A DNA stretch of 64,000 nucleotides, taken from assembly GCA_951406725.2 (NCBI GenBank), contig OX597824.1:27280001-27344000 (forward strand), written 5' to 3'. The position numbers and the translations under genes were made by a program. Under the pieces are notes generated by a model that ran no database searches, had not been told where the DNA came from, and saw only the letters and a list, made by a program, of their open reading frames with translations. Source of the stretch: Octopus vulgaris. Taxonomy: Eukaryota. Position 1 is the stretch's first letter, and each line of letters opens with the position of its first letter. Of the stretch, positions 57,644 to 64,000 are shown in pieces.

Positions 57644-58479
57644 AAACGCACGCACATATGTTCCTGTATATAAATACATATAAATATACGTATATACATG
57701 CACACACTCTTATATACATATAGATAAATATCAATGAACAGCCATGTGCTAAATATATATGTATTTATGTGTGTGTGTGTGTGTGTGTGCGTGTGTGTAT
57801 ATATTTGTACAAATATATGTATATATGTATGTATATGTATATATACATACATATATACATATATATGTATATATATGTTCGTATGTATGTATACATAAAT
57901 ATATATATATACATATATATGTATATATCAATTTATATTTTCACATACATACCTACATACATACGTATATACACACGAACTTGTATATACAGATAAATAT
58001 CAAAGTGTTCATGTGTTTTACATCCGTGTGCATATATGTTTATATGTGTGTATGTATGTATGTATGTATGTATGTATGTATGTATCTATGTGTGTATATA
58101 TGCGTGTATTTGTGTGCCAGGAAGTGATTGTAAGTGCGTTAGTCTGTGTGTATATCTATGTGTTTGCGTTTGCATGTGTAAATTTTCTGAGGAAGTAATT
58201 TGCGTGAATCTGTACGTATGTATGTACAAACATATATAAACGTATGTGTCTGTTTGTATATGTATGTGTGTGAATGTGTGTGTGTGTGCGTGTGTGCGTG
58301 TGTGCGTGTGTGTGTGTGTGTGTGTGTGCAGGTGTCTACATACGTCTCTCTGTGAGAGACCAAATGAACGTGTTGTGTTTAAGAGTGCGAAACGAAATGA
58401 GAATCTGAGAAGCAACAAATTACTAAGAATTAAGATTTTATTCCTGATATCCTTAAAGCGCTTTTCATGTAAACTTTTC

Positions 58480-58820
58480 TACTTTTCTACTCTAGGCACA
58501 GGACCCAAAATTTTAGGGGAGGTGGCCAGTCGATTACATCGACCCCAGTACGCAACTGTAACCTAATTTATCGATCTCTGAAGGATGAAAGGCAAAGTCG
58601 ACCTCGGAGGAATTTGAACACAGAACGTAAAGGCAGACGAAATACCTACTTCTTTACTACCCACAAAGGGCTAAACACAGAAGGGACAAACAAGGACAGA
58701 CAATCGGATTAAGGGAATTTTATCGACCCCAGTGCGTAACTGGTATTTATTTAATCAACCCCGGAAGGATAAAAGGCAAAGTCGACCTCGGCGGAATTTG
58801 AACTCAGAACGTAACGGTAG
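58480..58820 (-). mobile_element. SINE family B dimer (5'-truncated)
   Basis: First body has the AGCCCTTTGTGGG tail, junction AAGAAGTA-GGTATTTC, second body has the TGTGCCTAGAGTAGAAAAG tail. Confidence 0.85.
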
Positions 58821-58938
58821 AAGTATATATATATATATATATATATAATATTATTAGAGACAAAACCACTATTTTGCAAAACAAACAAGGAAAGACTTAA
58901 TCAATACATAACATTTTAATAAAAAGTCAAAAAAACCG

Positions 58939-58981
58939 CCACTACAATTGTTTCTTGTCCTGATCGACAATCTTCAGGTGG
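58939..58981 (-). ncRNA. Minimal type I hammerhead ribozyme, intact core
   Basis: CCAC-CUGAAGA-UUGUC-GAUCAG-GACAA-GAAAC-AAUU-GUA-GUGG: stem I CCAC/GUGG, stem II UUGUC/GACAA, palindromic stem III ACAAUUGU, GUA site; within a ~165-bp insert flanked by (TA)n. Confidence 0.8.
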
Positions 58982-59011
58982 ACTTCCAATTTTCAAGTCA
59001 GTTTCAAATTA

Positions 59012-59085
<74 letters not shown>

Positions 59086-59160
59086 TATTTAAATTTAGCG
59101 CGGCAAAGCGAGGACATTTGAAATTGTAATCACTAGTGTTATGGGTAGAACTGTTTACAG

Positions 59161-59235
59161 GTCTGACGTCCTTGTATGCAGTCCTGCAAATTACATTCAT
59201 CTGGACGATCGCACCGATGATCTACGGACATTTAT
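59161..59235 (+). other. Candidate 75-nt internal exon (unverified)
   Basis: ctgtttacag| ... |gtaagt; length divisible by 3; two stop-free phases. Confidence 0.3.
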
Positions 59236-59423
59236 GTAAGTAAAATTACGTAACACGTTAATAGTGAAACACGTATGCGAATAATCCATATTTTTATTGC
59301 TTTTTCTTTGTCTTGCTCGATTATGTTTTGGTTGTTTTGCTAAATTTTTCTTGAGAAAATTTCTTAGTGGTAAGACCACAGTGGATCTATTTCTAGCATA
59401 ACGGTGTCCACATAGTGGTTTCC

Positions 59424-59472
<49 letters not shown>

Positions 59473-59711
59473 ATATATATTTATGTTTGTGTGTCTGTGT
59501 TTGTCTCCGCACCATACTTTGACCAGTGATGTTGGTTTGTTTACGTACCCATAACTTAGCGTTTCTGCAAACGAGACCGATAGAATACATACTAGGCTAT
59601 CAAAGAATAAGCCCGGGGGTCGATTTGCCCGATTATAGGCAGTGATCCAAGATGGCAGCAGTCAAATGATTAAAACAAATAAAGACATAGATACAAACAC
59701 TCACACACACA

Positions 59712-59765
<54 letters not shown>

Positions 59766-60465
59766 TATACAGAGGTGCACACTCACACACTCACAGAGAC
59801 ACACACTAACACACACACACACACAGAATCACGCCCCTCCACACACAGACACATACTCATACACTCACACATGCACACATATACACAGCCGACGATTTTC
59901 CAGACAGTCTCCATCTTTCAAATCCGTCGACTAAGCATTTGTCCGGCCTGGGGCTATAATAGAAGGCACCTGACGAAGGAGCCGCAGAGTGAAACTGAAC
60001 CCGAAACCACACGGCTGCAAAGCGAGATTCTTAACTACACAACCATGCCTGTACTTACTTCAATATATAAATCTTATTACGTTACAGTCACAGTCGTTGT
60101 GAATACACTATAGCTCTAAATCCGTGCAGTGTGGCGGTTATTGGCACAAGGTAGAACTAAACCTATTTATTCTAACGTAAGAAGGATAAAACCTCTAACT
60201 TGATTATTTCTATAGAAAATAAGACTTAAGTTTGACATCCTCTGTATCATTAGATTTCAAAATAAATTACGACTAGATTATAAGATGATTATACAAGAAC
60301 AGGTGAGGTTTCAGTAGTTCAATGTAAAATGCAATTTTCGAATACTGCCAGTGCTATCCCAAAACACCCAGGTAGAATGTATGTGCATTGACGACGCAGT
60401 TGTTGTTTGATTTTTGTTCTTGTGGTTGTCCTGGCATTTTTTGTTTAATATTTCTTTGAGATAAG

Positions 60466-61057
60466 AAGGTGAGCTGGCAGAAACGTTAGCACGCTGGCCG
60501 AAGTGCTTAGCGGTATTTCGTCTGCCGTTACGTTCTGAGTTCAAATTCCGCCGAGGTCGACTTTGCCTTTCATCTTTTCGGGGTCGATAAATTAAGTACC
60601 AGTTTTGCCCTGGGATCGTTTGTCTGTCCTTGTTTGTCATTTCTGTGTTTAGCCCCTTGTAGGTAGTAAAGAAATAGAAACCTTAGAACGCCGGGCGAAA
60701 GTGCTTAGCGGTATTTCGTCTGTCGTTACGTTCTGAGTTCAAATTCCGCCGGGGTCGACTTTGCCTTTCATCCTTTCGGATTCGATAAATTAAGTAGCAA
60801 TTACGTACTGGGGTCAATGTAATCGACTGACCCCTCTCCCCCCAAATTTCGGGCTTTGTGCTTAGAGTAGAAAAGAACACCTCATAGAATTTCTGGCAGA
60901 AACGTTAGCACTGTGGGCGAAATTCTTAGTGGTACTTCGTCTGTCTTTACATTCTGAGTTCAAACTCCACCGGGGTCGACTTTGCCTTTCAACCTTTCGG
61001 GTCGATAAATTAAGTACACGTTACGTACTGGGTCTAGTGCCTAGAGTAGAAAAGAAT
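60466..61057 (+). mobile_element. SINE family B trimer
   Basis: Three bodies; the first has the agccccttgtagg tail, the next two have gtgc(c/t)tagagtagaaaag tails. Confidence 0.9.
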
Positions 61058-61129
61058 ATCTCATGGAATTCAAATGAATTATTCCTCTGGCATGCATCCA
61101 GTAATTTTGAGGGGAGGGGCTTTATTTTT

Positions 61130-61525
61130 TATCCTTTACTTGTTTTATGCTCTGTCTTTTACTTGTCTCGGTCATTTGACTGCGGCCATGCTGGAGCACC
61201 GCCTTGAAGAATTTTGAAGAGAATATATGCCCCCCCAGTGCTTATTTTTTAAAGCGTGTTACTTATTAAGATAAACATAAACACACCAACACCGGATGTC
61301 AAGCGGGGTAGTTTAAGAAAAAATAGACACAAACACACACACACACACACATACACACACACAAAGATAAATAATTATATATACGACGGGCTTCTTTCAG
61401 TTTCCGTCTACTAAATCCACACACAAGTCTCTGGTTGGCCCAATGCAATAGAAGAAGACACATGCGCAAGGCGCCACGAAGTAGGACTGAACTCAGAACC
61501 ATGTGGTTTGGAAACTAGCTTCTTA
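61130..61525 (-). mobile_element. SINE family A, older copy
   Basis: gactgcggccatgctggagcaccgcc and acgacgggcttctttcagtttccgtcta motifs. Confidence 0.75.
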
Positions 61526-61679
61526 TCTGGTGTATTTGAAATTGATATTTCTTTCTCCTGAAACTATGCTATTCTCTCTGTAACTGATTTGGTTGTTGAT
61601 GTTTTTGTTATTGCCAGAGTCATTACTGCTAGTTATAGGAACTAAAGTCATCGATGATGACTTTACTTTGTTGTTATAA

Positions 61680-61839
61680 TAAAGATGATGATGATGATGA
61701 TGATGGTAATGATGATGATGGTGGTGGTGGTGGTGGTGGTGGTGGAGATGATGATAATGATGATAGTAATGGTAATGGTGGTGGTTGGGATAATGATGGT
61801 AATAACGATGATGATGATGTTGATGATAATGATGATGAT

Positions 61840-61874
<35 letters not shown>

Positions 61875-62292
61875 AATAATAGTGATGATAATGATGATGA
61901 TGAAGATGGTAATGGTGATGATAGTGGTGGTGGTGGTGGGGAGATGATGGTAATAACGATGATGATGATGATGATGATGATGGTAATGGGGATGATGGTG
62001 ATGGTGGTGGTTGTGGTGGGGATAATGATGGTAATAACGATGATGATGATGATGATGATGATAGTAATGGTGAGGATGTTGGTGGTGGTGGTGGGGATGA
62101 TGATGGTAATAACGATGTTGATAATGATGATGATGGTGATGATGTTGATGATGATGTTGCGGTTGCTGCTACTGCTGCTGACTATGATGATAATCATGAT
62201 ATTCATGGTGATAATGATGGTGATGATGATAATAGGCATATTGCCGGTGGTGTTGTTGATGATGATGGTGCTGTCGGTGCTGGTGGTGGTGG

Positions 62293-62323
<31 letters not shown>

Positions 62324-62640
62324 GACGACGATGGTGATATAATGATGAAAATGATGATATTGCTGCTATTGATTTTGATTATGATGATGATGATGATTAT
62401 ATTGATGATGTTAATGATGGCGATAGTGATGGTGATGACGAAGATGTCGACGCCTACGACGGCGTCGACGACGATGATGCTGACGATGATGTTGACGACG
62501 ATGATGATGATGATGATGATGATGATGACGACGGTGGTGGTGGTGGTGGTGATGATGATGTTGACGACGATAATGATGATGATGATGATGATGATGATGA
62601 TGGCGACGGCGGTGGCGGCAATAATGCTGATGTTAAAGAT
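61680..62640. repeat. (GAT/GGT)n microsatellite field
   Basis: Visible runs. Confidence 0.92.
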
Positions 62641-63194
62641 GACGTTTGCACCGTGGCTGCAGTAGCCGTGACTTCCAGATTTCGCCATTATCATTCGTTT
62701 CTTGTCGATTTATATAATAATTATTCAACAGATTTAGTCTTGCAGCTCACTGTTGTAAGTTATTATTGATGCTGTTATTGCTGTTGTTGTTGTTATTGTT
62801 GTTGTTGTTGTGTTATTGTTGCTGTTTTGTTGCCGTTGAAGTTCAAATGAAATTCACTGATGGTGCAAGAGAAATTCTTCCAACACTTCAGTTAGATCAC
62901 ACGTATCGAAGATTTCTTCTTAAACTAGAAAAAGTAACGATTATCTTGGGAAATTATGCTGCTTAAGTTCTAACGTCTAAGTATGTGGAAAGATAAGAAA
63001 GCAACGGATTTTATAATCCTACACAGTGGATTAAGATAACTTTCATGCGGGATTATCTTGCTATTTCCTTTTACAAACTAACAAAACTTGGAAGATATTG
63101 GAAACTTTAAGCGAGAGATAACTTAAGGAAATGTATATTTATGAATATATTTCATGAACGAAGAACATGTTATATATAGAAATAGTGTGTATAC

Positions 63195-63275
<81 letters not shown>

Positions 63276-63285
63276 CTGCTATGTG

Positions 63286-63480
63286 AAGGCGCGTGGCTTA
63301 GTGGTTAGCGGCATTCGGCTTGAGGTCGTAAGGTCGTGAGTTCAATTCCCGGCGACGCGTTGTGTCCTTGAGCAAGATACTTTATTTCACGTTGCTCCAG
63401 TTCACTCAGCTGGCAAAAATGAGTAGTACCTGTATTTGAAAGGGCCAGCCGTGCCACAATCTGTGTCACGCTGAATCTCT
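63286..63480 (+). mobile_element. SINE family C, 5' part
   Basis: aaggcgcgtggcttagtggttag...gagttcaattccc...gtgtccttgagcaagatactt. Confidence 0.85.
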
Positions 63481-63892
63481 TATTTCCAGGCTCAGATGAA
63501 CTCTGATATATGCATCTACACGTCCGTCCATTCATTCCGTCTTACCTTCACCATAAGAACAGTATTGTTTTAGGTATCTTACATATATATATTTATTCTA
63601 CGGTGGTGCTCCAGCATGGCCGCAGACAAAAAATTGAAACAAGTAAAAGAATACACACACACACACATAATATATATATATATATAATCAAAAGGGTAAT
63701 AATATAGATTACTACCAGTGGCCCAGCACAAAGGACGAATTAGTCATTAGACAAAATATTATTCATATAGAAAAATATTATTCATATAGAAATATAATTA
63801 AGGGCTCCTAAATAATGATGCCAAGTGCTAGGGACACAAAAAAGGAATAAATTTATCCGGAGTGAAAATCAAAAACATTTACCAATAACGAT

Positions 63893-63976
63893 ACATCCCG
63901 GACTGATCAGTTTCTACCCCTTTCTAGCAAAACAGACAGAATATGTTTGCTAAGGCCGGTTTCATCAGCGAGACGC
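63893..63976 (-). ncRNA. Type I hammerhead ribozyme, canonical core, extended stem II
   Basis: GCGUCUCG-CUGAUGA-[hairpin incl. UAGCAAA/UUUGCUA]-GAAAC-UGAUCA-GUC-CGGGAUGU; 8-bp stem I including G-U pairs, palindromic stem III ACUGAUCAGU, predicted cleavage between 63901 and 63900. Confidence 0.85.
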
Positions 63977-64000
63977 CTATATATGTATATATATATATAT

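Overview
Eukaryotic, AT-rich, extremely microsatellite-dense non-coding DNA (intergenic or a large intron). The mix of (TA)n/(TATC)n/(GAT)n/(GGT)n tracts and three abundant tRNA-headed SINE families points to an octopus or other coleoid cephalopod genome (inference, not verified). No intact host gene is supported. Almost every ORF in the track is a translated microsatellite or SINE. Recognisable protein remnants are all from transposons: a Penelope GIY-YIG endonuclease (~690-1110), mariner transposase pieces (1134-1353, 41496-42331), an R4/Dong restriction-like endonuclease (24862-25175), and L1/Tx1-like ORF1 (27147-28080) and ORF2 C-termini (23775-24116, 29189-29645). Four signals stand out. 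(1) Five type I hammerhead-ribozyme motifs lie in short Penelope-like terminal fragments lodged mostly in (TA)n-type tracts, along with a set of fold-back palindromes, two of which turn at ribozyme-core remnants. (2) Two Tx1-like LINE ends sit inside different microsatellites, (TATC)n and (AAT)n, and share their 3' tail with a SINE that forms multimers with a recurrent junction. (3) Some inverted duplications have permuted segment order, suggesting iterative template switching. (4) A few candidate small exons lie in unique islands. Repeat boundaries were read by eye and are approximate.
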